Assembly: GCA_963840645.1 (NCBI GenBank)
Contig: CAWIZL010000002.1
Coordinates: 337,663-401,662, forward strand
Origin: Candidatus Doudnabacteria bacterium
Lineage (GTDB): Bacteria > Patescibacteriota > Doudnabacteria > UBA920 > VMFF01
Reading direction: 5' to 3'
Length of the DNA: 64,000 nt
The notes beneath the pieces are model-generated. The model worked only from the letters and a program-made list of their open reading frames with translations. It had not been told where the DNA came from and did no database searches. Positions 8,586 through 17,597 of the stretch are shown here, one piece after another (position 1 is the first letter of the stretch; every line of letters begins with the position of its first letter). The translations under genes were made by a program, and so were the position numbers.

Positions 8586-9998
8586 TTAATTAGCAAAGAA
8601 TTCTTTAATTGTTTGAATCTTTTCATTAAAGTCATCTAATTTATCGGCACTTTTCTTTTCACCCGACTCGTTAAAGTAGCCTTCTTTTTTTTGGAGTTGC
8701 GTTAATTTTTTGTCTCGAATATCATTTTTATTCCATTGAATGATCTTGTAATTCGGGTAATCTTTTTCTAATTCCTTAAAAATACTATCTTCTTTTGATC
8801 CTTTGTCAATTAACACTCCAACTTTTTTAAATCCCAAATCTTTTGCCATAGATAGAGCTAGCTTAAAATTATCACAGCCTCTCACGCCATAGCCGAAAAT
8901 ATGGATGGTTTTCTCATCGAATTCATTCCTCAGTAGACCCACATCTTCTTGCCCTTCCAGAAAAAGAATATTATCAACCGCGAAAAATATTTCTTTAGCT
9001 ACCTCATCGATTAAATATGGCTGCTGCCAATTTGCACCACTTATTAGTCCAGAGTACTTACTCGGATCTCCCAAGGTAAAAATTTCAGATTTGATATCAT
9101 CTATCTTTGCGATCCTGTTTAATTTTGCACCGTTTGTAATATATTCCCAATTGATAAAGTAGGGACTATGAGTAGCAATTAATACCTGTCTTTTCTCGGA
9201 AAATTCAGCTATGATTTCAAGTAAGTTTTTCTGAGCTTGTGGATGAAGTGATAATTCGGGCTCATCTATGATTAAACCGGTATTTCGATTTTCGAACAAG
9301 TGAGCAATTATTCTAATGGCTGAAATGACACCATCTCCTAAAAAATCTGTCCGATGGCGTATGCCATTGCTGGAAATATACTGGATGTATGGTTGATTTT
9401 CATGTGCAACAACCCACTTGGTAAATTCTGGTATAACTCTTTGAACTAAAGCAGTAAAAGAATCATATCTGGTCTGGTCTTTTTCAATATCTTTCAGAAT
9501 TAGAGCCGTTGCAATTTCTTGTTTATTTCTAGGGTTACCTCCAATTGCAGAATTAGCAAGTATGTTTGCAGCTGTGTCTGACCCATTAGCAGTTGCGTCC
9601 CACGTTCTTCTCGATGATATGATTTCAAAAAGCTCTGTTCTATCATTTGCATCTCGATCTGGTTGCTCTATGAAAGTGTACGATTCTGGTTTGGACAGTC
9701 GCACGCTTCTTTGAATGTTCGCGTCATCGGAATATAAGTTAAACTCTGGTGGGAGACTTTTTTTCTCGCTATCATTTAGGTGGTCATCTTTTTTTAGCCA
9801 CATCGCTTCAATTATTGTTGTTTTGCCAGTATTATTTAATCCTACAAGATAAGTAATACCAGATCCAATTTTGGAGGGTAATGGTTGAGCTAGCTCAATG
9901 CGCTGCTCATCTTCAAAGGATCGAAAATTTTTAATTGTAAACTTTTTGTAATTCATTTGGTAGTGATGCCGTTTGTTGAAGTTCTGTTCAGTATCCAC
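8586..9998 (-). CDS. OLD-family-like ABC ATPase with C-terminal TOPRIM/DUF4435-like region
   Basis: 470 aa. Walker A GLNNTGKTT, Walker B LIIDEPELSLHP, and ATHSPYFI. The C-terminal block NILFLEGQEDVGLL...KVGVLIDKG resembles the TOPRIM glutamate and acidic motifs. An alternative start is at M15 (9956). Confidence 0.75.
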   Translation of the reverse strand: MDTEQNFNKRHHYQMNYKKFTIKNFRSFEDEQRIELAQPLPSKIGSGITYLVGLNNTGKTTIIEAMWLKKDDHLNDSEKKSLPPEFNLYSDDANIQRSVRLSKPESYTFIEQPDRDANDRTELFEIISSRRTWDATANGSDTAANILANSAIGGNPRNKQEIATALILKDIEKDQTRYDSFTALVQRVIPEFTKWVVAHENQPYIQYISSNGIRHRTDFLGDGVISAIRIIAHLFENRNTGLIIDEPELSLHPQAQKNLLEIIAEFSEKRQVLIATHSPYFINWEYITNGAKLNRIAKIDDIKSEIFTLGDPSKYSGLISGANWQQPYLIDEVAKEIFFAVDNILFLEGQEDVGLLRNEFDEKTIHIFGYGVRGCDNFKLALSMAKDLGFKKVGVLIDKGSKEDSIFKELEKDYPNYKIIQWNKNDIRDKKLTQLQKKEGYFNESGEKKSADKLDDFNEKIQTIKEFFAN

Positions 9999-10030
9999 CA
10001 GGGTATTTGTGGATGCGCTATATTAAGATT

Positions 10031-11200
10031 TTATTGGCTCGGAGAAGCTTCTAGTGATTCAATTTTTGGCAGCTGAACAACACCGCTTAAGTCTCCGTAA
10101 ATTCCTACGGTATTTTTGATTACTTTCTGCATCTGTTTTTCTTTTTCAGCCCAAGATTTTTCAAAATAAAGCTTTTCTTTATCAAGAGCTAATTTCATGG
10201 ATGAAAATGTTTCAACAATAGTCTCAATTCGTTGTCTAAATTCTGTGCCAGTTAAATATGAATAAAGTAGTTCTACTTTTTCATTCTTACCGATGGACAT
10301 ACCTTTTTCTCTGGAAACAGCCTCCAGGGATTGTCTTAGGGCAATTGCGATTGATACCGCAAATTTTATATTACAAATCCAAACTCCATCGCGAAAAGAA
10401 ATGCCATTTATACCCTCAGGTAGAACGGAAGAAACAATTACTGCAATATCAGCCTTTATCGTTCTTTGATCATCTTTCAATTTTTGTATCCATCCCTCAG
10501 ACCAAGTTTTTGTCTTCTTGGATTCCCAAATAATCGTTCCGCACTCAACGCCTGTTTTAGTTTTGACGGTTTGGATTATATCAGCGCCAGTTACACCTTT
10601 TGGGACTGGTGAAATGTCATCATGGATGAACTCAAATCTCAAAAGTTCTTCAAGAATTATTTCTTGAACCTCTCCTTGGGTCTGTTGCGAACCTTGCTCA
10701 AGCTTTCTTGCAAGTTCATCTTTGGCTTTTGTTGCGTCAGAAAGTTTTTTATTTAGTTGATCAATTTCTGCCTGTTTTACGTCCGTAGCTTTTTTTGATG
10801 CCTCTTCTTCAATTTTTTGTCTTTCTGCGGCTAGTTGACGCTCCTTGTCAATCTCAAAAGTATCTTTATCGTCTTTAAGTTTTTGTTTCTCTTTTATCAG
10901 TGCAATTTCGTTTTTGCGAGCTTCCGTAAGTAGCCTTTCTTTATCGGAGAGCTGGTCTTCTAAATGCTTTCTCTCTAAAATAGACTCCTTCTCAACTTCT
11001 TCTTTAATCTGTTCCTTGTATTTACTTGATTGTTCAGCTATTTCTTTCTTGGTTTTTTCCTCAAAAACTTTTTTTATCTCAACCTCTTTTTTTATAAATT
11101 CTTGTTTGTACTTTGCTTCAAATTGATGTGACAATACATCATCGATAGAAATCGATTCACCGCAGTTAGGGCAAATAATTTTGCTAGTATCTTCTATCAT
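10031..11200 (-). CDS. DUF2130 domain protein (zinc ribbon, coiled coil, nuclease-like C-terminus)
   Basis: 389 aa. N-terminal CPNCGESI, then a ~170-aa Lys/Glu coiled coil. The C-terminal GADIIQTV..GTIIWESKKTKTWSEGWIQKLKDDQRTIKADIAVIVSSVLPEG matches my memory of DUF2130. Confidence 0.7.
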   Translation of the reverse strand: MIEDTSKIICPNCGESISIDDVLSHQFEAKYKQEFIKKEVEIKKVFEEKTKKEIAEQSSKYKEQIKEEVEKESILERKHLEDQLSDKERLLTEARKNEIALIKEKQKLKDDKDTFEIDKERQLAAERQKIEEEASKKATDVKQAEIDQLNKKLSDATKAKDELARKLEQGSQQTQGEVQEIILEELLRFEFIHDDISPVPKGVTGADIIQTVKTKTGVECGTIIWESKKTKTWSEGWIQKLKDDQRTIKADIAVIVSSVLPEGINGISFRDGVWICNIKFAVSIAIALRQSLEAVSREKGMSIGKNEKVELLYSYLTGTEFRQRIETIVETFSSMKLALDKEKLYFEKSWAEKEKQMQKVIKNTVGIYGDLSGVVQLPKIESLEASPSQ

Positions 11201-11268
11201 AGATTAAAAGCCAGTTCTCTCGAGATTTTCCTTGTTTGACGAAAGCCTATTTTTAAAGTTTGTGTATA

Positions 11269-11284
11269 GGAGAGGGGGATTTCC
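11269..11284 (+). repeat. tRNA-Ser 3'-end-like fragment (putative proximal att repeat)
   Basis: GGAGAGGGGGATTTCC compared with GGAGAGGGGGGGATTCG of the tRNA gene 236 nt away. Same orientation. The AT-to-GC switch occurs at this point. Confidence 0.55.
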
Positions 11285-11519
11285 GCGTCGCCCGCCTTCC
11301 GACTTCGCTTACGCTACGTCGGACAGGACTGGCGGCTCGTTGCCCTGGGTTGCGCCAATCTGCCACTGGCAGCTTGGCGATCGCTCGCCTGCATGGTTTC
11401 CTGCAGGAAACCATTTGCCTCGCTTCAACCCGTTCGAATCCCACACCACCTTCCCCGCATGGAAGTCTGCCGGCCACCTCGCCTGCGTGCTCGCAGTCTC
11501 GGTGACCATCAAACTTCCA
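11285..11519. other. GC-rich non-coding structured spacer (possible remnant of an integrated element or an ncRNA)
   Basis: No credible ORF. It is dense in perfect hairpins: ATGGTTTCCTGCAGGAAACCAT, CTGCCAGTGGCAG, GGCGAgcgaTCGCC and CTGCGtgctCGCAG. It also contains a tRNA-Tyr 3'-end-like fragment, GTTCGAATCCCACACCACC (11431-11449). Confidence 0.4.
11299..11327. repeat. GC-rich palindromic motif copy 1 (CCGACTTCGC..GCTACGTCGG)
   Basis: CCGACTTCGCttacGCTACGTCGGACAGG. Related copies are at 43485-43513 and, inverted, at 51229-51275. Confidence 0.45.
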
Positions 11520-11611
11520 TGGCGGAGAGGGGGGGATTCGAACCCCCGAAAGGTTTTGACACCTTTACCGGTTTAGCAAACCAGCGCACTAGGCCTCTAT
11601 GCGACCTCTCC
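11520..11611 (-). tRNA. tRNA-Ser(GCU), CCA encoded
   Basis: The minus strand folds as acceptor GGAGAGG, 3-bp D stem, anticodon stem CTGGT/ACCGG with loop TTGCTAA (anticodon GCT), long variable arm AAAGG..CCTTT, T arm GGGGG-TTCGAAT-CCCCC, then CCTCTCC-G-CCA. Confidence 0.92.
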
Positions 11612-11640
11612 ACGTGATCTGGTACATTATATCCTGCCCA

Positions 11641-12321
11641 TCAGTCTTTCGCAACAGTGAGGCAGGCTACAGATGCAGCGCCTGCTGCGTACAGGGCGCG
11701 GGTGCACTCTGCCAGGGTGCTGCCCGTTGTGTAGACGTCGTCTACGAGGATAACGTGCTGGCCAGTGAGGTTTTCCTTGCACGAGAATGCGCCTGTGAGC
11801 TGGGAGCGGCGCTCATTGCCAGATAGGGCTGTCTGGGACTTTGTGTGCTTTGTTTTGGTGAGGAGTTGCTCGTAGTGGCAGCCAGTTTGCACGGCAAGAG
11901 CCTTTGCAATGAGCTCTGACTGGTTGAAGCCGCGTTCGGCGTGCCGGCGCGCGTGGAGGGGAACTGCTGTAATGGTTGTTCCAGGTTCTAGGGTACAGCC
12001 CGCGCTGTCTGCGAGGATGCCGGCAAAGATGCCTGCGTAGCCGCGAATGCCCTGGTACTTTAGCTCGTGGATTGCAGCTTGGACAACAGGGTCGTGGTAC
12101 GAGAGTGCGCTGAAGATTTGCACTGGGCAGAGCATTGCCACTGCGTACTCGCGACACGCTTCGTGGCACAGGCCAAGCTCTGAGGTGTGGCCACACACTG
12201 GGCACGTTTGAAGCGGCCTTGCGAGGTAAGCCGCGCACGCTGAACACAGCAGGGTATTGCCAGTCCCGCAGCCAACGCACGTGTTTGGAAAAATGATGTC
12301 AAATATAAACTCCCAGCGCAT
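11641..12321 (-). CDS. comFC: ComF family protein (phosphoribosyltransferase domain)
   Basis: 226 aa. N-terminal Cys clusters (CVGCG, CSAC, CPVCGH) and PRT motif VILVDDVYTTGSTL. Confidence 0.8.
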   Translation of the reverse strand: MRWEFIFDIIFPNTCVGCGTGNTLLCSACAAYLARPLQTCPVCGHTSELGLCHEACREYAVAMLCPVQIFSALSYHDPVVQAAIHELKYQGIRGYAGIFAGILADSAGCTLEPGTTITAVPLHARRHAERGFNQSELIAKALAVQTGCHYEQLLTKTKHTKSQTALSGNERRSQLTGAFSCKENLTGQHVILVDDVYTTGSTLAECTRALYAAGAASVACLTVAKD

Positions 12322-12385
12322 GAAGTAATGCTACGCTGGGAGTATTAAAACGAGGTTAACTTCTGTGGGGATAACTCGAGGAGGC

Positions 12386-12583
12386 CTAGTGCCCGAAGGC
12401 TTTTCTGAGAACAGCCTTCCTGAATTCAGGAAGGTACATTCTGCGCGCTAGAGCAGCGGCAACTGTACGTGCTTCGGGGACGGTGCACCCTTGCCACAGT
12501 GCGCTACTGTACAGCCTTTTTGCGAGTCCCATAACAACTATCTCGTAAGCCCGTTCGTCTGTCATGATTGTGTCCTCCTGCAC
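12386..12583 (-). CDS. Hypothetical small protein
   Basis: 65-aa ORF between clpC and comFC. No motifs, so coding status is uncertain. Confidence 0.25.
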   Translation of the reverse strand: MQEDTIMTDERAYEIVVMGLAKRLYSSALWQGCTVPEARTVAAALARRMYLPEFRKAVLRKAFGH

Positions 12584-12634
12584 CTACATTCTACGGCAGG
12601 GGACACTGCAAAGTCAAAGCAGCAGCGTGGTATG

Positions 12635-15301
12635 CTACGCAGGCACAGCAGCGTGCTTCTCGCGTGCGGTTTTTGCCACTTTCACGATGCTCACTTTTTT
12701 CCCAACAGCATCAAGCTTCACGCCGCTGAACTCTTTTACCTTGCCAGTAATCAAGTCTTCTGCGAGCTGGTTTTCCACCATTTCCTGAATGTTGCGGCGA
12801 ATGAGACGTGCACCTTGGTTTGGGTCAAAGCTCTTCTCAACAATGAGCGCCACAAGAGCTGGCGTGTAGGTCACGCTAACGTGCTGCATTGCCAGGTGTC
12901 GCGCCAGGTCATTGAGCTGCAGCTGCGCAATCTTGGTGAGCTGCTCTTTTGCCAGTGGCCTGAAGACCAAAACCTTGTCTATTCTGTTGATGAACTCTGG
13001 CCTGTACTGCTGCATGAATGATGCCAACACTGTAGTTTTAATTTCGTTGTAGCCACTTTCAGCGCTATTCTTGCGAGCTGCGCTAGCGTCGGCATCTGCA
13101 AACCCAATCTTGGCAGCACTTCGATTCAAGTCTGCCATGCCAATGTTCGACGTCATGATTATGATTGTGTTGCGGAAGTTCACCTTCTTGCCAGCAGCGT
13201 CTGTGAGCTGGCCTTCTTCGAGTATCTGCAGCAAGATATTGAACACGTCTGGGTGAGCCTTTTCCATTTCGTCGAACAGGATCACAGCGTACGGCTTGCG
13301 GCGCACAGCTTCTGTGAGGCGGCCACCATCTTCGTACCCAACGTAGCCTGCTGGTGCACCAATGAGGCGCGACACGTTGTGCTTTTCCATGAACTCTGAC
13401 ATGTCTACGCGAATGAGCGCTGTCTCATCTTCAAACACTTCGCGTGCCAAGACCTTTGCAGTCTCAGTTTTTCCAACACCTGTTGTGCCCAAGAACACGA
13501 ATGAGCCGAGTGGTCGCTTTGGCGATGTCACGCCAGCGCGCGAGCGGCGGATAGACTGCGCAATGGCTGTGACAGCTTCGTCTTGGCCAATAATCTTGCC
13601 CTGCAAAACTTTCTCAAGTCCAACGAGCTTAGACATTTCAGCTCGCGCTATCTTGCTGAGAGGAATTTTTGTTATAGTGGAAACAGTTCTGGCAATGTCT
13701 TCTGGGCCAATCTCAAGCTTATGCTTGCCGCTCGCTGCATCAGCCTCAACCTGTAGCTGCGCATCGAGCAGCTGCTTCTTGAATTTTTCGCCCTGCAAAC
13801 GCAGGTGGTCTGCTGTTGCAAAATCATCGCTCAGAATTGCCTTTGTCTTTTCGTCATCGAGCACTGCAATGTCTTTCTCAAGGCGGCGCAGTATGCGCTG
13901 AATTTTCGTGTCAGTCACTTTCGGGCGCAGGCTTGCAGCTGTTTCATCTATGAGGTCGAGCGCCTTATCTGGCAAGAAGCGGTCATTGATGTAGCGCACT
14001 GAAAGGTCGACGGCCGAGCGAATGGCTCCGTCAGTTATTTTTACGCTGTGGTGCTTTTCGTAGTTTTGCTTGAGGCCCTGCAGAATGGCAATTGCCTCGT
14101 CCTGGCTTGGCTCATCAACCAAAATTTGCTGGAAGCGGCGCTCGAGCGCTGCATCGTTCTCAATGTGCTTGCGGTACTCTGTGAGCGTGGTGGCACCAAT
14201 TGCGTGCAGCTCGCCGCGGGCAAGGGATGGCTTTAAAATGTTTGCTGCATCGAGAGAACCTGTTGTGGCGCCAGCGCCAACAACAGTGTGCAGCTCGTCT
14301 ATGAACAGAATAATTTTTGGGTTGTCGCGAATCTCGTCAATAATTTGCTTGAGGCGGCTCTCAAATTCACCGCGGAACATTGAGCCTGCAATGATGAGCG
14401 CAAGGTCTAGCGCGAGGATGCGCTTGTCGAGCAGAGAGTCTGGCACTTCACCTTTGACAATTGCGAGCGCGAGGCCTTCAACAATTGCCGTCTTGCCAAC
14501 GCCTGGCTCGCCAATGAGCACTGGGTTGTTCTTCGTGCGGCGGTTCAAGATGTTGACCATGCGCTCTATTTCTTTCTTGCGGCCAATGACAGGGTCAATC
14601 TTGCCAGCTGCTGCGCGCGCCGTGATGTCTGACGTGAAGTAGTCTAAGGCAGAGCCAGAGCCTGCTGGGTTGCGGCTGCTTGCCATTGCCGCGCTCGATC
14701 CCATGTTGCCCATGTTTTGTGCGCCGTTTGTCGGCGACACTGGCGGCACTCCGCCCATGCTCATGTTGCCGTGGCCGTTGTCGTGGCTGTGGTCGTGCGA
14801 GTGGTCGCTGCCTTCTTCGCCTGGCATGTTCATTAAATCTGGGAAGCTGGATAGGTTTTCAAACACTGCGTTGAGTGACGTGCGCATTGCGCGGATGTCA
14901 ACGTTTAGCTTCGACAGAATTACCTTTGCGCGCGACTGTTGCAAATCTAAGATGCCGTACAGAAAGTGTTCTGTGCCAATGAACTGGTACTCGTAGCGCT
15001 GCGCGACTGCTGCTGAGCGGTCGAGCGCCACTTTGAGGTTTTCAGACAGAATTGGCTTCCACGTCTGTGAAATGTGGTTCTGGTTAACTTTATCTAGTTC
15101 GTCGCGGATGAGCTCTGCGCTCACTTTGTTCTTGAGCAAAACCTCTGCGGCAAAGCTGCTCTTCTCTGATATAATGCCGTAGAGCAGGTGCTCTGTGCCA
15201 ATGTGGTCGTGGTGCAGCTGCTCAGAAACGAGCTGCGCTGCGATGAGCGCGTTCTTTGCGCGGGTGGACAGGCGCTCGAGTATGTATGCGAAGTTATTCA
15301 T
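12635..15301 (-). CDS. clpC: ATP-dependent Clp protease ATP-binding subunit (ClpC/ClpB family AAA+ chaperone)
   Basis: 888 aa. Two Clp_N repeats, two AAA+ modules (GEPGVGKT and GTTGVGKT Walker A; DELH and FDEMEKAH Walker B) and a short middle domain. A His/Gly/Met-rich linker is inserted at residues 158-217. Confidence 0.9.
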   Translation of the reverse strand: MNNFAYILERLSTRAKNALIAAQLVSEQLHHDHIGTEHLLYGIISEKSSFAAEVLLKNKVSAELIRDELDKVNQNHISQTWKPILSENLKVALDRSAAVAQRYEYQFIGTEHFLYGILDLQQSRAKVILSKLNVDIRAMRTSLNAVFENLSSFPDLMNMPGEEGSDHSHDHSHDNGHGNMSMGGVPPVSPTNGAQNMGNMGSSAAMASSRNPAGSGSALDYFTSDITARAAAGKIDPVIGRKKEIERMVNILNRRTKNNPVLIGEPGVGKTAIVEGLALAIVKGEVPDSLLDKRILALDLALIIAGSMFRGEFESRLKQIIDEIRDNPKIILFIDELHTVVGAGATTGSLDAANILKPSLARGELHAIGATTLTEYRKHIENDAALERRFQQILVDEPSQDEAIAILQGLKQNYEKHHSVKITDGAIRSAVDLSVRYINDRFLPDKALDLIDETAASLRPKVTDTKIQRILRRLEKDIAVLDDEKTKAILSDDFATADHLRLQGEKFKKQLLDAQLQVEADAASGKHKLEIGPEDIARTVSTITKIPLSKIARAEMSKLVGLEKVLQGKIIGQDEAVTAIAQSIRRSRAGVTSPKRPLGSFVFLGTTGVGKTETAKVLAREVFEDETALIRVDMSEFMEKHNVSRLIGAPAGYVGYEDGGRLTEAVRRKPYAVILFDEMEKAHPDVFNILLQILEEGQLTDAAGKKVNFRNTIIIMTSNIGMADLNRSAAKIGFADADASAARKNSAESGYNEIKTTVLASFMQQYRPEFINRIDKVLVFRPLAKEQLTKIAQLQLNDLARHLAMQHVSVTYTPALVALIVEKSFDPNQGARLIRRNIQEMVENQLAEDLITGKVKEFSGVKLDAVGKKVSIVKVAKTAREKHAAVPA

Positions 15302-15331
15302 GTGTCTCCATTCTATATATAGAGTAAACCG

Positions 15332-15892
15332 ATGTCAAAAGAGTTTAATGAAAATTTAATAGTGAGGCTGGGGGACGTTCCTGGTCGTGGTGGTGAGGAT
15401 GGCGAGGAAGATGACACTGCTAGTACGGCTGAGCTGCCAGCCACTGGTTCACGTTCAAGGCCAAGCGCTGATGCCTTTGACTATGCCCTGAATTTGCTGA
15501 GCCGCCAGATGCACTCTGTTGGCCAGCTGCGCACAAAGCTCACCAGCAAGAAGTACACGAAGGCTGAAGCAGACGATGCGCTGGCGAGGTTGGTTGAGTT
15601 GAAGTTTTTGGATGATGCCAACTTTGCGAGCGTGTACCTTGAGAACCTCAAGGCGCACAAGTCGTACGGCTTTTACGGAATCCAGAAGAAGCTGTACGAG
15701 CGCCAGCTGGCAAAGCCACTGGTGGAAAAAACTATGCGCGGTTTTGGCGTTGACGACGAGCTTGCCATCGCAAAGCGTTTCTTAGATCGCCAGTACGGCG
15801 ATGTTCGCAGTAATCGCGAGAAGCTCCAGCGCATGCTCCATAACAGGGGATTTCGAACAGAGGTTATTTTTAAAGCTGTGAAGGGGAATTAG
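15332..15892 (+). CDS. recX: Regulatory protein RecX
   Basis: 186 aa. [21 protein letters not shown]...[20 protein letters not shown] matches the RecX repeat pattern. Confidence 0.8.
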   Translation: MSKEFNENLIVRLGDVPGRGGEDGEEDDTASTAELPATGSRSRPSADAFDYALNLLSRQMHSVGQLRTKLTSKKYTKAEADDALARLVELKFLDDANFASVYLENLKAHKSYGFYGIQKKLYERQLAKPLVEKTMRGFGVDDELAIAKRFLDRQYGDVRSNREKLQRMLHNRGFRTEVIFKAVKGN

Positions 15893-15974
15893 CAGTCTAT
15901 CGCCGAGAGTGCTAACCCTTGTTCCCAGTTTAGCATTTAGGAACGTGATGTCAAGGTTCAAGCCAAGAATTTTC

Positions 15975-16003
15975 TTGACAATCTACGTATTCCATGATAC
16001 TAT
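15975..16003 (+). promoter_or_regulatory. Sigma-70-like promoter
   Basis: TTGACA, 17 nt spacer, TACTAT. A GGAGG RBS lies 7 nt before the ATG at 16038. Confidence 0.5.
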
Positions 16004-16037
16004 GAGCTTGTTCAAAATTCGGTATGGAGGATTTAAC

Positions 16038-16529
16038 ATGCAAACCCAAAGTGTCGAAGATGTTCGCCTGTCGGGAAACCTGGGACGGATCAAGTTCAGG
16101 TCTTTCCATTATGATTCTGGCTCTCCGAATGTTATTTCGGAGCTGGCACGTCGTGGCCCAGATTTCTTTTCGGATTTGGCTGAAGATCAAATCCCGGTCT
16201 ATGGTCATCGCGGCCAAACCCACAGCCTCATCGGCGAGGTTCAGCTGGCCGAAGATATGCAGATTGACCAGGTGAACGTGATGGTACAAACAGACCTTGC
16301 GCAGCTCGCGCAGCCGTTGCTCAATCTGGTCTACGTTTTTAAGGCGATCAGCAGAAACGAACTTCACCCTAAGTGGCAACATCCGCTGCTCACGTTCTTC
16401 CGTGCAAACGGATCACTGTGGCTGATGGCGACGCACGGTGACATGCTGCCACGGGTTACCAACGTGTCCGGCGGACACGAGAAGCGCGTCCTGCCTGCGG
16501 GCACTCGCGTGCTCGTCGTTCCAAAGTAG
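16038..16529 (+). CDS. Hypothetical protein
   Basis: Start at the internal ATG preceded by GGAGG (the track ORF begins at 15909). 163 aa with no motifs. Confidence 0.45.
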   Translation: MQTQSVEDVRLSGNLGRIKFRSFHYDSGSPNVISELARRGPDFFSDLAEDQIPVYGHRGQTHSLIGEVQLAEDMQIDQVNVMVQTDLAQLAQPLLNLVYVFKAISRNELHPKWQHPLLTFFRANGSLWLMATHGDMLPRVTNVSGGHEKRVLPAGTRVLVVPK

Positions 16530-16539
16530 TGCTACAAAA

Positions 16540-16578
16540 CCCCTCATTCTGGCTTCGGCCGGGGCGAGGGGTATTTTC
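16540..16578. terminator. Rho-independent terminator between convergent genes
   Basis: CCCCTC..GGCttcgGCC..GAGGGG stem followed by TATTTTCTT. Confidence 0.5.
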
Positions 16579-17519
16579 TTATCCCAAGTTCATTTCTCTC
16601 AGCTTCTTTATTCTGTCCTGTATTGGCGGGTGCGTGTTGAACAAGCCGGCAAACCATCCACCAGAGCCGCGGCTCTTGCGCGCTGTGGTGCCTTGGTTGT
16701 CGCTCAGGCTCAGCGGGTTCACAAAGTACAGGTGCGCTGTTGCCTTGTTTGCCTCAGACATTGCCAGGTCGTGGCCCTGCAATTTTTTCCAGCGCGCTGG
16801 CCAAGCCTTCTGGGTAGCGCGTGAGGAGCGCACCAGATGCATCTGCCAGGTACTCGCGCTTGCGCGAGACTGCGAGCTGGATGATGACTGCCACGAACGG
16901 TGACACAATGGCGAGCACAATACCCACGATGAGGAAAATAATTTGCAGCTGGTCACCGTTGCCTCGACGCCTGCCGCCGCCACCAAAAATGGTGAGGCGC
17001 AGCATCCAGTCTGACAGCAGCGTGATGAGGCCAACGAGCACGACGATGATCGTCGAAAGGCGAATGTCGTAGTTGCCAACGTGCGACAGCTCGTGCGCAA
17101 TCACACCTTCGAGCTTCTGTCTTGTCCATGTTCTGCAAAAGCCCAGCTGTGACGCAGACCACTGCGTGCTTTGGGTCACGCCCAGTGGCGAAGGCGTTCA
17201 TTGCCTGGTCATTGATTATGAAGATGCGCGGCATTGGCAGCCCAGCGGCAATGCACAAATTTTCCACCACGTTGTAGAGCTGTGGGTTTGACTGGAGCGT
17301 TACAGGCTTTGCATCTGACACTGCCAGCGTGATGCGGTCGCTGAAGTAGTAGCTGAACAGCGCAGAGCCAACAGCAAGGACTACGGCGAAAACCAGAATT
17401 GCCGGGTCAGCGTACGCGAGGTCGAAAACCCAGCCAAGCGCAATGACCACCACTAAGAAAGAGGTGATCAGTAGTGCCGTTTTTCTTTTGTTGGACGCTA
17501 TTTCTGTGTAGGCGATCAT
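16579..17519 (-). pseudogene. htpX: Zinc metalloprotease HtpX (M48), split over three frames by two 1-nt frameshifts
   Basis: Track ORFs 16953-17519, 16754-17179 and 16579-17100 together give one HtpX: N-terminal TMs, GRDPKHAVVCVTAGLL, LEGVIAHELSHV (HEXXH), REYLADASGALLTRYPEGLASALEKI and NKATAHLYFVNPLS..THPPIQDRIKKL. The shifts lie near 17111-17120 and 16773-16788 (T6 run). Confidence 0.8.
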
Positions 17520-17597
17520 TGGGGAGTATAAGTATCGGTATAAGTATATGAAACTAGAATCGGTAGCCGATACTGATACTTATACTAATTCTGTGTC

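Larger units (their letters stand above)
5694..11268. mobile_element. AT-rich genomic island (integrase-less) adjacent to tRNA-Ser
   Basis: Sharp compositional shift at both ends. It is bounded by same-orientation tRNA-Ser 3'-end-like repeats (5670-5693 and 11269-11284). Six co-oriented minus-strand genes are separated by 8-74 nt gaps. Confidence 0.5.

Noticed and set aside
11262-11457. Possible tmRNA (ssrA) on the minus strand. The 5' end GGGGAAGGTGGTGTGGGATTCGAACGGG resembles tmRNA 5' ends. A putative tag frame ends ..PPVLSDVA-TAA inside a hairpin. The 3' sequence CCTCTCC could pair with the 5' end, including a G3-U wobble.
   Set aside because: At about 190 nt it is far too short. There is no valid T arm before the 3' acceptor strand (GCGGAAATCCCCC cannot form one). 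No ACCA follows. The tag does not end in the usual hydrophobic Ala-Ala. The 3' end is better explained as a duplicated tRNA-Ser fragment, and the GGATTCGAAC as a tRNA-Tyr-like fragment.
11232-11826. Several 67-114-aa ORFs on both strands.
   Set aside because: They run through tRNA-Ser, the hairpin-rich spacer, or antisense to comFC. Their composition (Arg/Pro/Gly/Cys-rich) is non-protein-like.
16579-17179. Track ORFs 16579-17100 and 16754-17179 treated as independent genes.
   Set aside because: They are the middle and C-terminal pieces of one HtpX, in shifted frames.
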